A DNA stretch of 64,000 bases, taken from NCBI GenBank assembly GCA_963664015.2, contig CAXXLF010000001.1:768001-832000 (forward strand), written 5' to 3'. The notes below the pieces were generated by a model. It saw only the letters and a list, made by a program, of their open reading frames with translations, had not been told where the DNA came from and ran no database searches. The stretch is from Candidatus Binatia bacterium (GTDB taxonomy: Bacteria; Desulfobacterota; Binatia; UBA9968; CAXXLF01). Below, piece by piece: positions 40,860-51,453 of this stretch (its first letter is position 1; each line of letters opens with the position of its first letter). The position numbers and the translations under genes were made by a program.

Positions 40860-41076
40860 CAGAAAGGCGGAAATCGACGCCGATATCTTCTTAGTAAGTG
40901 GATTCTATTACTATTACCACCGGCGATCCTGGTTTGTGGCGAAGCACTACAACGGTCCTTAGAGGGCCATTTAATTTCATAGAATACCCCCCGGTCTGAA
41001 GGGCAAATCTCCCAGGAGACTTAAAGCCAAGGCCTTAAAGGGAAGAAACGGCCGCAACAGTAAGAAGAGATCCTGA
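40860..41076 (+). pseudogene. Remnant of an aromatic-residue-rich secreted/lipoprotein-like gene
   Basis: ADIFLVSGFYYYYHRRSWFVAKHYNGP*..IPPGLKGK with internal stops. Confidence 0.3.
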
Positions 41077-41135
41077 GGTCTGAATATCTGCCTAGAAGTT
41101 TGAAGGTAAAGGCCAACAACCGTCTGGTTAGAAGG

Positions 41136-42308
41136 TTAAATTGACGAGGTATAATCTTTCGTCAGTTTATTCAATTCGGCTTCGCTTGTCTCTTGGTCTG
41201 ATATTTGGACTGCTCCCTCGGCGCCTCGTGCGCTTTCGCAGTACTTACGCCACGCAATGATGGACAGGTCCGGCCGGAAGAGTCTTTCGGGGGGCGCGTC
41301 CATGGAGCTGATCATCAACCCGTCCTGATTGGTAAACAATCGCTGATTAATCCACCGAATATAGGTCCAGTACCGGATTCTAAAAACGAATCTCTGCCAC
41401 GGCGAGCCAAATTTGACCGCTAACTGAAGATAGCGGTGGTGATCGGCGTCTGTCCCCATGAACCATGAGTAGATGGACCAATCCGGTTGCTCCACCCTCA
41501 AAAGCGAGGGAAGACGAATGGAAATCCTCATCGCCACACCTCGCCCCTTCTTCCACCACGACCGAATCGGCCATTCCCCAAGGTTCGGGAACATGGTTGT
41601 ACGATGGACCTTGTCAGCCACATAGGTCAGCCATTTGCCGTGCTCAATGGTCTCGACGTGGGAGCGAGTCCAGCCGGGAAGGTTATAAAACATCCGCCAA
41701 AGAGAATTCCGATGCAGGTATCGGGGATGGGCCTCGTCGAAACCGTTTTCCGCACCATAACGCCAGTTCCCCGCACGCTCGCGGACCTGTCCAAAGATGG
41801 CTGCGTTCTTGGCAAAGAGCTGCTCCGGAATGTCTTGCTCTACCGGTGGAGGGTCACCGTCACCGATGTATACCCAAACGAGACCTAACCTTTCCTCTAC
41901 CGGGTATGTTTTTACCCGAACCTTACCGCAGATTGGTGAATCCGGGCCATCGGTCAACGCGGCGACAAGATTCCCCGTCTTCAATTCATAGGTCCAACCA
42001 TGATATCCGCAGGTGATCGTCCCAGGAAATTCCTGTCGCGAGCCCGTGGATTCACCGAAATAACCGGACCCAAGGGAAAGGGGGACGCCACGATGAACAC
42101 AGCGGTTGTTCAGCGCAAAAACCCGCCCCCGGTCGCGAATAAACATGATCCGTTCGCCCGTGAGGGTTACCGGGACAGGTTTACTCCCCACATGACGCGA
42201 CCACATGACAGGATACCAGTAATCCCTGAAACCCGTGACCGCGGCATTATATCTCGGCCAAGTACTCCAGTCCTGTCTTCCCGGAGTTTCTTTTTCCGAA
42301 TCACCCAT
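41136..42308 (-). CDS. Rieske oxygenase alpha subunit, CarAa/OxoO (carbazole/quinolinone)-like
   Basis: GFRDYWYP, CVHRG..CGYHGW, KTYPVEE..YIGDGDPPP, ENGFDEAH..LH. Confidence 0.85.
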   Translation of the reverse strand: MGDSEKETPGRQDWSTWPRYNAAVTGFRDYWYPVMWSRHVGSKPVPVTLTGERIMFIRDRGRVFALNNRCVHRGVPLSLGSGYFGESTGSRQEFPGTITCGYHGWTYELKTGNLVAALTDGPDSPICGKVRVKTYPVEERLGLVWVYIGDGDPPPVEQDIPEQLFAKNAAIFGQVRERAGNWRYGAENGFDEAHPRYLHRNSLWRMFYNLPGWTRSHVETIEHGKWLTYVADKVHRTTMFPNLGEWPIRSWWKKGRGVAMRISIRLPSLLRVEQPDWSIYSWFMGTDADHHRYLQLAVKFGSPWQRFVFRIRYWTYIRWINQRLFTNQDGLMISSMDAPPERLFRPDLSIIAWRKYCESARGAEGAVQISDQETSEAELNKLTKDYTSSI

Positions 42309-42543
42309 TGGTTAATTTACCCCTTAATCTGCGTATAATCCCATCATGTCACTCTGTCAAACTAAAAACCTGAATTATATAGTCCAATATGAACAGAAAG
42401 GCGTCCCCATCTGGGATCCCCGTACTGTTAACTAGAAGGATGTACTCTGGCTGGATCAGTCCGTGAACGAGTAAAGCGAGCAATGATATATTGATTGCAT
42501 GGGTTTTTGTGAGTTACCCACCAGCAAGTCCTGTAACGGTTAT

Positions 42544-43002
42544 TTATCGAACGGAGCGTAGCCGACGCAACCGCTGCCCCTTAGTCTTGGCCTGCTGACC
42601 AGCGCTCCACTCAAGCAGCAGTTGCACCATCTTGAAGAGTTCCTCTTTCACCAGGGGTCTGTGAAGCATAAGATCGGCTCCTGACGAAATACCCTTCGAG
42701 CGTTCCAGAGAGAGATGGCCGCCTAAAAGTAAAAGGATGGGCACCTCCTGGTGGGTCAAGGAAGCTCTTATGGACTTACACAAATCAAACCCGTCCATCT
42801 TCCCTTTCAAATAGACATCGACAATCAGGAGATCGACTGGCTCGTTCTCCATTTGGGCCAAGCCCGCTTCCGCGTCCTGGGCGGAAATAACCGTGAGTGC
42901 CTCACCAAGGTCATCCAGATGGCTCAGGATCGACCTGGACTGGCTCAGGTAACCCTCAACTAAAAGAACCTTAGAGGTCTGAATTGTTTCCGTGGCACTC
43001 AT
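42544..43002 (-). CDS. Single-domain response regulator (atypical receiver)
   Basis: VLLVEG, DLLIVDVYL..MDGFDLCK, GADLMLHRP. Confidence 0.75.
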   Translation of the reverse strand: MSATETIQTSKVLLVEGYLSQSRSILSHLDDLGEALTVISAQDAEAGLAQMENEPVDLLIVDVYLKGKMDGFDLCKSIRASLTHQEVPILLLLGGHLSLERSKGISSGADLMLHRPLVKEELFKMVQLLLEWSAGQQAKTKGQRLRRLRSVR

Positions 43003-43192
43003 TATCCAAATCTTTCGAATCTCAAATATCACAACTCATAGGATAATGTACACGTTAAAATACCTTAATGGGTTCCAATTTATGCGCTGGTCATACCAAA
43101 AACCCGAGCGGGTCTCTGTCATTCAGTAACAATTTTAAGAGTTTAGTTCATTTAGGGTAAACGTCGGCCACCAGGTCAACTACTGGCCACGG

Positions 43193-44386
43193 CTAAACTC
43201 TTGTTTCGGGTCCATAGACCCAAGTGACTATCGCGCTCAAGGCAAGCAGGATTGAAACAATAGCAAACGTAGCTGCCATACCGACGGTCTCGGCGAGAAA
43301 ACCCAGAAGTAAGGGCGCAATAATTGCACTCGAATGGGTAAAAACGGACCAGACACCGAGAAAGGCTCCACGCCTCCGCTCCGGAGCCAGGTCCATGGAG
43401 TAGACCTGTGCCGTGCCCATCGTCATGCCCACACCCACGCCGTAAACTACTACCACCACGACGACCGCCCAGTATTCAAAGCTTTGCGCCAGAAGGTAGC
43501 TTGAGATCCCCAGTATGAAAAGTCCGGGGATGAGGGTCTTCTTACGGCCATACCAATCGACAAGAACCCCGTTAGGATACGAAATCAGCAACGTGGTAAT
43601 GCTGGCAATGGTGATCATGTAACCAATATCGGCAGCGCTAAAATTAGCGGCCTGTTGAACATAGAGGGGGAACAGGGCAGAAAAAACACCTTGTACCATC
43701 AAACCCATTCCAAACGTAGCCAATAATATCACCAGGACGCCCCGGGTGAGGAACAGGGAAAGATCTAACTTTTCATCGACTCCTCTAGGCTTTACGGACT
43801 TGGCGCTCTCAGACTCCGGACGGGTCTCTTTGATCAGGTAAAAAACAATGATCAGGACCATAAATTTGGTCACCGCATTGAAGAGAAATATGGACCGTAG
43901 GCCAAAGGCCCCCGTAAGAAGGGCGCCTATGAACGGACCGGCGATATTCCCCATGCGGACCGACATTGTTCTTACAGCAACCGCCCGGCCTCGGTTTGTC
44001 TTGTCGGTCACATCGGCGATTAGAACCGAAGATCCTGTGGTCCAGACTGAAATCCCCAAGCCCCCAATGAACTCCCAAATCAAAAATTCCAGATAGCTCG
44101 TCGCGAAATACTCGGCCAGGGCAGTCATTAATCTCAGTGCAACACCAGCGATAAGCAGCGGCCGCCGGCCCCATCGATCCATCAGGAAACCGGTAACCAC
44201 CCCGGAGATGAGTCGGGCAATTGCGTTGGAGGAAAAGATCACCGCAACAAGAAAGACCGGCACACCAAACGAAGCCGCAAAGAGCGGCCTTGCGATGTGC
44301 ATTCCGCCCATACCAACACTCCAGAAGAAGAAGGTTGCAAATAGGGCCAATCCTTGCGGCCCCAACACATTAATACGTAAATTCAA
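43193..44386 (-). CDS. MFS transporter
   Basis: GFLMDRWGRRP and GVLVDWYGRKK motif A copies. Confidence 0.9.
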   Translation of the reverse strand: MNLRINVLGPQGLALFATFFFWSVGMGGMHIARPLFAASFGVPVFLVAVIFSSNAIARLISGVVTGFLMDRWGRRPLLIAGVALRLMTALAEYFATSYLEFLIWEFIGGLGISVWTTGSSVLIADVTDKTNRGRAVAVRTMSVRMGNIAGPFIGALLTGAFGLRSIFLFNAVTKFMVLIIVFYLIKETRPESESAKSVKPRGVDEKLDLSLFLTRGVLVILLATFGMGLMVQGVFSALFPLYVQQAANFSAADIGYMITIASITTLLISYPNGVLVDWYGRKKTLIPGLFILGISSYLLAQSFEYWAVVVVVVVYGVGVGMTMGTAQVYSMDLAPERRRGAFLGVWSVFTHSSAIIAPLLLGFLAETVGMAATFAIVSILLALSAIVTWVYGPETRV

Positions 44387-44667
44387 TCCTCACCTCGATG
44401 CTCTGCTAGGACACTTGCGTCAGAATCCTTCCCGAACGCTGTCATCGCTGTGTTTCCTCTTCCCTTTAGACTCACCTGAGTCATGCCCATTGTTTCCCCT
44501 CAGCCTTAGTGGTCGTTCCGGACCGTTGTCAAGGAGCCGTGGACTTGATACTCGTACCGTATTACAATTCCGCGTACGCTATGGGGCGATGTGTTCACGT
44601 TTCGCTAGTCACAAAGCGTTGCACTCACCGTATCGAATAAACTGAATCGTCATCGTAAGATCAACCC

Positions 44668-45384
44668 ATGGACACGCATAAGAAACTCAACGTTCAAATG
44701 TCAAAATACCAGAGGGAAGCCAATCCCCGGTTGAGCGCACTGGTCGAGGAGATCGAGCGTAAGCACGATGCCATCAAGCAACCAAAGGCACTCTACATTC
44801 GAGGCCATCACCTGGTGGTCGATCCCGGGGTGTTCAACCCCGAATTTTCTATGACGGGGGAACTCTTTGCAGTCAACATTTAGATACCGGCCGGTGCCAG
44901 TGTCCTCGATCTTGGGGCAGGGACAGGCTTTCAGGCAATTATGGCCTCGGACCGGGCCGGGAGCGTCGTTGCCCTGGACAAGCAGGAGGAGGCGGTTGAA
45001 TGTGCACGTAAAAACGTGGCGTTAAATCACCTGGAAACAAAGGTCCAAGTCCGGCATGGAGACTTGTTTTCCGCCCTAGAGGTCAATGAACGATTCCATG
45101 TTATCCTATTCAACATCCCCTTTCCCCCATGGAAACCCAAGACCCCATGCCAGGAAGCCAACTTCGATGAAGGCCATCAATTGCTCACACGATTTATTAA
45201 AGAGGCGAAATCCTACCTGCATCCGGTCGGGCGTATCGGAATGACTTGGTCCGATATCGGCGATACGGATCGTTTTCACCAACTGCTCGCAACGAAAAAC
45301 TATTCGTATCGGGTCCTTGTGGAGCGAAAGATCGGTGAGGTCGGTCAGCACGTTTACGAGCTGACTCCCCACGCAACTGGGTAA
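44668..45384 (+). pseudogene. Class I SAM methyltransferase (HemK-like) with in-frame amber stop
   Basis: ..VDPGVFNP..AVNI*IPAGASVLDLGAGTG..GDLFS..FNIPF; TAG at 44881-44883. Confidence 0.8.
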
Positions 45385-45771
45385 GCAAGGGAGCCTAACC
45401 CAACCAGGCCTTCACAACCTAGCGAAACTTTGTCCTGGAATTGAAAAGTCGGATTTGGGTGGATAAGGGAAAAGTCATGCATGGCACTTCACCAAGACGA
45501 ATGCAGCGCATGGCCGATCCGGTCCTCGTCTCCATGGTCCGGGCCAAGGGGCTTGATAAAGTACCGTCGCAGAGTAACCGCCCGCCCAGAATCAACGAGC
45601 ATAATCAAACCTGGGTGAGAAAAAGGAACGCTTGGGATTTTTACAGCAGAAAAACTAAGCCCAGAGGTTCACACCTGGTCCGCTTATTCACACCTAGCCG
45701 CGAGCCGCAAATTAATTTGTAACAATATCCATTTAAAAGGACAATCAGCACTCGGATTGTGGATACTCTCG

Positions 45772-46569
45772 TTACTGATTTTGTCGCGTACGAACAGGTT
45801 TTCCAGCCCGAATGTCGTCGGCAAACTTCTTAGCCGCTTCAAAAAAAGCAACGCCGACGGGTCCATATTGGGCCCGGGGCCGGTCCAGTTCCTCCACATT
45901 GAAGCCTAATGTCCCATGGGTAACTCCGATGTTACCGCTACAGTCGTCACCGGATCCGAAACCGCTGACGGTAGGAATAGCCACCTCTTCCGTGATCCGT
46001 TTCGCCAGATCCGGAGGGACCCGGGTGAGAAGCAGGGAGAAGGCCCCCGCTGCAACCAAAGACCTGGCATCATTCCAGACCTTTTCTTCCGGCACCCCTG
46101 CTCCCTCGGAACGGTACCCACCGGACCCCATGGATGTCTGGGGCGTTAAACCCATATGGGCCATAACCGGAATGCCGGCCTTAACGACAGCCTCCACGGT
46201 GGACGCATACTCGGCTCCGACCTCCAGCTTCACCGCCTGAGCCTCTCCCTCCGCAATCAGACGACCCGCATTGCGTATGGCTTCTTCTTTGCTGATTTGG
46301 TAGGACATAAACGGCATGTCGCCTATCACCAAGGCACGCTTCGCCCCCCGACTGACAGACCGCGTCATCAGGACCATCTCATCCATTGTAACCGAGTTGT
46401 TGTCCTCATGGCCCAGGAGGTTTCTCCCACCGCTATCCCCGACAAGGATCATCTCCACTTCGGCACGATCGATAAGACGAGCCATTGAATAATCATAGGC
46501 TGTCATAACCACAATTTTTTTCTTCTCGCTTTTCATCCGGTTTAAATCCGGGATCGTTACTCTTGCCAT
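45772..46569 (-). CDS. panB: PanB-like (ketopantoate hydroxymethyltransferase fold) protein, atypical active site
   Basis: MTAYDY, ILVGDS, VTMDEM, GDMPFMSY, AVKLE, AHMGLTPQ. Confidence 0.8.
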   Translation of the reverse strand: MARVTIPDLNRMKSEKKKIVVMTAYDYSMARLIDRAEVEMILVGDSGGRNLLGHEDNNSVTMDEMVLMTRSVSRGAKRALVIGDMPFMSYQISKEEAIRNAGRLIAEGEAQAVKLEVGAEYASTVEAVVKAGIPVMAHMGLTPQTSMGSGGYRSEGAGVPEEKVWNDARSLVAAGAFSLLLTRVPPDLAKRITEEVAIPTVSGFGSGDDCSGNIGVTHGTLGFNVEELDRPRAQYGPVGVAFFEAAKKFADDIRAGKPVRTRQNQ

Positions 46570-46598
46570 AATCACCTCACTTATAAATTGACTGATTT

Positions 46599-47567
46599 TT
46601 ATCGGTCGCCGTTTTCCAGTTCCCAATAGCCGAGGCCCATTCCCATGACCCCGCTGTAAAAGGGCTCATAGGTGAGGACCTTCGCCGGCACGGTCCCCAT
46701 TGCTCCCATAAGGATGATCCAGCTTCTCATCTCGATATCACCGTGATCGAGCAGATCCTTTGACGTCAGCTGGGCAAGCTTCTCACCTTCGCCCTGAGCC
46801 ATATGGGAAATGGCCTTGCGGTCAAAGTCCTCACTAATGGATCCTAATCCATATGGTCCTTCATAATGGGACCAGGGATAACCGGCTGTAAAGTGGGAAA
46901 GCCCTCCCGACGCATAAATTGCGATTCGCTCGCCGGAAGGCCGGCTTTCGATAACCTCTCTAATGGCACGACCAAGCCGGTAGCAACGCCCCGGACTCGC
47001 TGCCGGCACATGAATCGCATTGACAAAGAGAAGGATTACAGGGATATCCGCCTCGGGCAGCATCATCCGCAAGATCGGGGCATGGGCGTGGGATATTAAC
47101 TCAGAATTGGGAAAAGATTTACAGTAGGACATATCGAACTCACGGTCGATAAAACCGTTGAGAAGGCTTCCCGCTAGGTCCGTGTTGCACCGATATCTGG
47201 ACCCTCGCGTCCTTACACCATCCAGCCCGCGTTCGGTAGAAAAGAACTCCTCTCCCGTATAAATCGCAAACTGCGGCACATTCTGTTCCGTGAAATGCTC
47301 GTCTTGATCGTCCCCAATAAGAATCAATGCATCCGGACGCTTCTCTTTTAGTTTTTGTTTCAACATCTCGAACCCTGAGCTGATCCGGCTGTACCGCGCC
47401 TGGGTTTCCTCCAGGCCTTCTTCTGCCACCTTGGGATGGAGGGTGGGTTCCGTCCCATAACGACGCTTATAGTTGGCTCGGGTCCGTTCACGCATTTTAT
47501 CCCAACCCGTCGGATTGACCAAGGCGTAGGCATGTGAAGAAGCCATACCGGCTATGATGTTTCCCAT
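46599..47567 (-). CDS. Class III (LigB-like) extradiol ring-cleavage dioxygenase
   Basis: ASSHA, IGDDQDEHF, SHAH, ASGGLSHF, EMRSWI. Confidence 0.88.
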   Translation of the reverse strand: MGNIIAGMASSHAYALVNPTGWDKMRERTRANYKRRYGTEPTLHPKVAEEGLEETQARYSRISSGFEMLKQKLKEKRPDALILIGDDQDEHFTEQNVPQFAIYTGEEFFSTERGLDGVRTRGSRYRCNTDLAGSLLNGFIDREFDMSYCKSFPNSELISHAHAPILRMMLPEADIPVILLFVNAIHVPAASPGRCYRLGRAIREVIESRPSGERIAIYASGGLSHFTAGYPWSHYEGPYGLGSISEDFDRKAISHMAQGEGEKLAQLTSKDLLDHGDIEMRSWIILMGAMGTVPAKVLTYEPFYSGVMGMGLGYWELENGDR

Positions 47568-47769
47568 ATGTTATCCTCTCTCTTTCTCATTCAATATCGG
47601 CAACCGGGACCTGGTGCGACATGTAGACTTCCCGCCGCTCCGCCGCAGACTGGAGAATTTCCTGGCACACCTTCATCTCGCATCCATTTCTCGTTGGGCG
47701 TAAACCGCTGCACCTTCTCGGCCATAACCTTCCCCTTCAGTCACAACATTGGAATTATTGGTGAGAACT

Positions 47770-48648
47770 CTACCAGAATCGCCTCCGATAGGTATCGATA
47801 AGGACCTCGTCCGGTTTCTCAGTGAAGAATTCAATCAATGTCCGATTGAATACGTCCGCTTGCTCGAACTGGGGCCAGTGTGCCGCCTTATTCACCATGA
47901 CAAACCGCGAACCAGGCACCGTCTGGTGAACCTTCTCGGCCACGTGCCAGGGGCAGGTCGGGTTGTGGGTCGTCCAGAAGAACAGGATGGGGGCCTTCAG
48001 TTTCGGGATCTTTTCGATCAGACCGTAGGATTTTCTTCCCGCCGCGGCGCTTCCTCCACTGGCCTCCTGCTTTGGCCGGGAGTAAATTTTCAGTCGCACT
48101 TCCACCAATTCGTCCGGTAAAGTTTTTGGATCGTAAAACAACCATTCCATCCGTTTGCGAATGGTTTCCATCGTAGGGTTACCGGTGGCCACTTTGCTCA
48201 GTTCTTGAAACTGCGTAATACCGGCGACGTAACCATGCTCCGCCGATGGGATTCCACCTACGATGAGACCGAGTTTTTCTACCCTTTCAGGATGCTCATG
48301 GGCCATCAGTACGGATATCTGCCCTCCCATGGATTCACCCACCAGATTGGCTTTTTCTATCCCCACCGTGTCTATGAAGCTGATTAAATGCTTACAAAAG
48401 TCGTCCAGATTACGATCCATCCCTTCCGGTAGGTCCGTGTATCCGTGGCCCAGGTAGTCTAGGGCATAAACGTGGAAATGTTCCGAGAGGGGGATGACGT
48501 TGCGCACCCAGGCTTCTGCATGCCCCCCGCCACCATGAAGGAATATCAGTGGGCTTCCACTCCCCTTCTCAAAGCAGCGTGTGCGAATCCCTCCGACGTC
48601 GTAGTATTTCTCCAACGCAGCGAAATCCTCTAATTCTTTAGAAAACAT
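47770..48648 (-). CDS. Alpha/beta hydrolase (meta-cleavage product hydrolase-like)
   Basis: LHGGGGH, GESMGG nucleophile elbow, AAHWPQFEQ. Confidence 0.85.
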   Translation of the reverse strand: MFSKELEDFAALEKYYDVGGIRTRCFEKGSGSPLIFLHGGGGHAEAWVRNVIPLSEHFHVYALDYLGHGYTDLPEGMDRNLDDFCKHLISFIDTVGIEKANLVGESMGGQISVLMAHEHPERVEKLGLIVGGIPSAEHGYVAGITQFQELSKVATGNPTMETIRKRMEWLFYDPKTLPDELVEVRLKIYSRPKQEASGGSAAAGRKSYGLIEKIPKLKAPILFFWTTHNPTCPWHVAEKVHQTVPGSRFVMVNKAAHWPQFEQADVFNRTLIEFFTEKPDEVLIDTYRRRFW

Positions 48649-48698
48649 GGTTCCTCCTAAATTCATAATTCCTAAGATTTAATCCCCAACCCGACTCG

Positions 48699-50132
48699 TC
48701 ATTTGTCCAACCATTCATCCATCTTCCACTTGTTCAAGGCTTCATTACGCCTTTCCTTGCTAAAAAGATTGACTGGAGGAAAATCCTTAAGGCGTTCGAA
48801 CGGACGGCATCCGTTTATTATGAGACGCTTGTACGGCATAGGCCCCCGATGGGCGCGATCCTCTATCCTGCGAAAGGGATCCAGCAGCCAATCGCTGTGG
48901 ATAACGCTCAGCCGAAGCCCAGTGGTCGGATCAAAACGCGAGCCGACGGCCCAAAGCACATCAAGGGGATCCTCCGGATTGATGTCGTCATCGACGAGAA
49001 TAAACAGACGGCCGGGACCATGAATTTTATCAATCGCCCTCATGATCCGGTCGATATCATCTTCCTTTTCCTGGTGAACAGCGATGACGGTAGCTCCCAT
49101 CTTAACGAGACTGGTCACACGGCGAACTGGAAGCCCCTGCTTATCCAACCGGCTCCATAAGCTGGTCACGGAAGTCATCGGTAACGAGAAAGAGTACGCG
49201 TCACCATGGGGCTTTAACGGAGAGGCACCGAAGAGAATAGGATTCGTCCTATGATACATGGCCTTGACCCGAATAACAGGCTCAGGGATGGAACCATCCA
49301 TATAATAACCGGTCCACTCTCCAAAGGGCCCCTCCGGCCTTTTCTCTATCTCCGGAGGAGGGATCTCCCCCTCGATAGCAACCTCCGAGTGCGCTGAAAT
49401 CGGCAGACCGGTCAGCGGTCCCTCGACGACAGGTATCGGTTCGTTAAGAATAAATCCCGCATAATCGTATTCGGGCACGCGCTTGGGACATCCCGTAGAG
49501 CCCGAGGCGGTAAGAAATATAATCGGCTCTGGTCCCAGGGAAACGGCTACAGGGCATGATTTTCCCGCCTTCCAGTACTTATTGATGATCCCCATCCCGT
49601 CATTACCAGGCTCACAGAAAATGCCCGTGGTGTACCGATCATGGAGTTGAAGACGATAGCTCCCAAGATTGACCCAACCACTCTCGGGATCTTTAACGAT
49701 AACCGCCAAACCCGTACCGATGAAGGGACCTCCATCCAGTTCATGCCAGATTGGAACCGGGATCTTTTTGAGATCGACTGCTGCGCCATTTAGGACGTTC
49801 TCCAACACGGGACCGCTTTCGACCGTCACGGGGGGAATGGGCTTAAAAGCGTCCCACCGTTTTTTGAACTGGTGCATCGCCTCGGCTTCAGGCAACTCGG
49901 GATCCATGCCTATGCCCAGAAGGGACCGTCTCCTCGTACTGCAAACATTTGAAGCCACACGGTAATTGGGAGGATAACCTGCAAACCGATCGAAAAGGAG
50001 AGCCGGCCCGCTTCGTTGAAAGGCCAGTTCTGAAATAACTCCGACTTCGTATTTAAGTTCGGCGCCGCTGATTTTTCGCAGGTCTCCCGTTGCCTCCAGT
50101 TTTTCGAGAAAGGTTCTGAGATCGAGTATCAT
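48699..50132 (-). CDS. UbiD-family decarboxylase (close paralog of 8679-10136)
   Basis: WHELDGGPFIGTGLAVIVKDPESGWVNLGSYRLQ, EGPFGEWTGY. Confidence 0.92.
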   Translation of the reverse strand: MILDLRTFLEKLEATGDLRKISGAELKYEVGVISELAFQRSGPALLFDRFAGYPPNYRVASNVCSTRRRSLLGIGMDPELPEAEAMHQFKKRWDAFKPIPPVTVESGPVLENVLNGAAVDLKKIPVPIWHELDGGPFIGTGLAVIVKDPESGWVNLGSYRLQLHDRYTTGIFCEPGNDGMGIINKYWKAGKSCPVAVSLGPEPIIFLTASGSTGCPKRVPEYDYAGFILNEPIPVVEGPLTGLPISAHSEVAIEGEIPPPEIEKRPEGPFGEWTGYYMDGSIPEPVIRVKAMYHRTNPILFGASPLKPHGDAYSFSLPMTSVTSLWSRLDKQGLPVRRVTSLVKMGATVIAVHQEKEDDIDRIMRAIDKIHGPGRLFILVDDDINPEDPLDVLWAVGSRFDPTTGLRLSVIHSDWLLDPFRRIEDRAHRGPMPYKRLIINGCRPFERLKDFPPVNLFSKERRNEALNKWKMDEWLDK

Positions 50133-50141
50133 TCCACCCCC

Positions 50142-51377
50142 CTATGCCTTCTGACGCCGATCATTCTCTAACGATTTGCAGTAGTCCTTCCAGTCCATGG
50201 TACCCGGGATATACCCCTCCGTTCCGATGACCTCCGGAAAACGATTTGCATCGGATTTTCTTATCACACCCGGCGGCTCACGGCCCTCTTGGACATCCTG
50301 AATCGCCTTCATAAGAATCTTTCGTGAAACCACGATGGGCGCATCTGTGGCTACGAGATGTTCTCCTGTCCTGTCCTGAATCGCCCCCATACCTTCCGTT
50401 GCGTACACATCGTGCATCTGAAAGTTAACACCCATGCCGCTGTAGCTTACCGATTTCATGGATTGCCGATCCTGCAGGTACCGGTTAGCCTTGTTCCGGC
50501 TTGGCCTATAGCCATCGATAATCTGAGAACTCCGTTCACGCACCGCTTCCATGTCTAGAGGCCCTTCTGGATTGATCGTGTAGGTGTATTTCCAGTGGTG
50601 AGTATCGTCGATAGGGACGTGCCAATTGGGGTAACCTCCCGGCACTACGGTAAAGTTAGGTAGGACAAATGTCGCCGCCCGAATATAGGTCTTCCCCGGC
50701 TCCACCTTCCGAATCCTGCAGAATCTAAGACCCACATCTATTAATTCGGCTTCGAAGGTCTCCATTTCCGGAAAGGCCCCTCGGTTACTTAATTCGGATT
50801 GCCCTTCCATGAGATCCCGCTCGCTATAATGCAGGAAGGGGACGTGAAGAAGGTCGATATTCCCTTCATTGCCCTGTAAGTAGCTGCACTCGTGCAGGAG
50901 CTTGTTTACGGCAAAGTGACCTTCCGCAAGTGTTAGAAAATCGTAGTTCGGCAGGAGAGGTGATTTGCCAGGCCCCATGTAGGCAAAGATCACTCCCGCC
51001 CGCTCCTGGCATGGATAGGCGGGATGCCGAATAGCGTCCTTGTGCTCCCCACCACCCGGTTCTCCCGGCTGATCCAGGCATCGGCCTTGAATATCGTAAA
51101 GCCAGCCATGGTAGATACATCGCAATCCGCCATCCTCTACCCGGCCAAAACTCAAATCCGCCCCTCGGTGAGAGCAGTGTATCCCTAGCAATCCGGGACG
51201 ACCCGCATCATCTCGAAACAGGACCAGATCCTCCCCCAGAAGACGGACAGGCAAAGGCGCTCCGCCGGCAGGCAACTCTTCGGAAAGCGCAGCCGGCTGC
51301 CAGTAGCGTCGCATCAGCTCTCCGCACGGAGTCCCCGGCCCAACTCGGGTCAATAAATCATTTTCTTCCTTTGTCAT
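50142..51377 (-). CDS. Rieske oxygenase alpha subunit (phthalate dioxygenase/LigXa-like)
   Basis: CSHRGADL..CIYHGW, EGNIDLLHVPFLH. Confidence 0.92.
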   Translation of the reverse strand: MTKEENDLLTRVGPGTPCGELMRRYWQPAALSEELPAGGAPLPVRLLGEDLVLFRDDAGRPGLLGIHCSHRGADLSFGRVEDGGLRCIYHGWLYDIQGRCLDQPGEPGGGEHKDAIRHPAYPCQERAGVIFAYMGPGKSPLLPNYDFLTLAEGHFAVNKLLHECSYLQGNEGNIDLLHVPFLHYSERDLMEGQSELSNRGAFPEMETFEAELIDVGLRFCRIRKVEPGKTYIRAATFVLPNFTVVPGGYPNWHVPIDDTHHWKYTYTINPEGPLDMEAVRERSSQIIDGYRPSRNKANRYLQDRQSMKSVSYSGMGVNFQMHDVYATEGMGAIQDRTGEHLVATDAPIVVSRKILMKAIQDVQEGREPPGVIRKSDANRFPEVIGTEGYIPGTMDWKDYCKSLENDRRQKA

Positions 51378-51453
51378 TGGCTCATGGATCTCCAGGGTTA
51401 AATAGGTTCAATGCCTACGGTGTGTCCCAACTACCTCCTCCTCCCGGGTTTTT

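Noticed and set aside
45480-45640. Possible metallo-beta-lactamase remnant on the minus strand (LVDSG..HGDEDRIG)
   Set aside because: Motif incomplete and fragment too short to support
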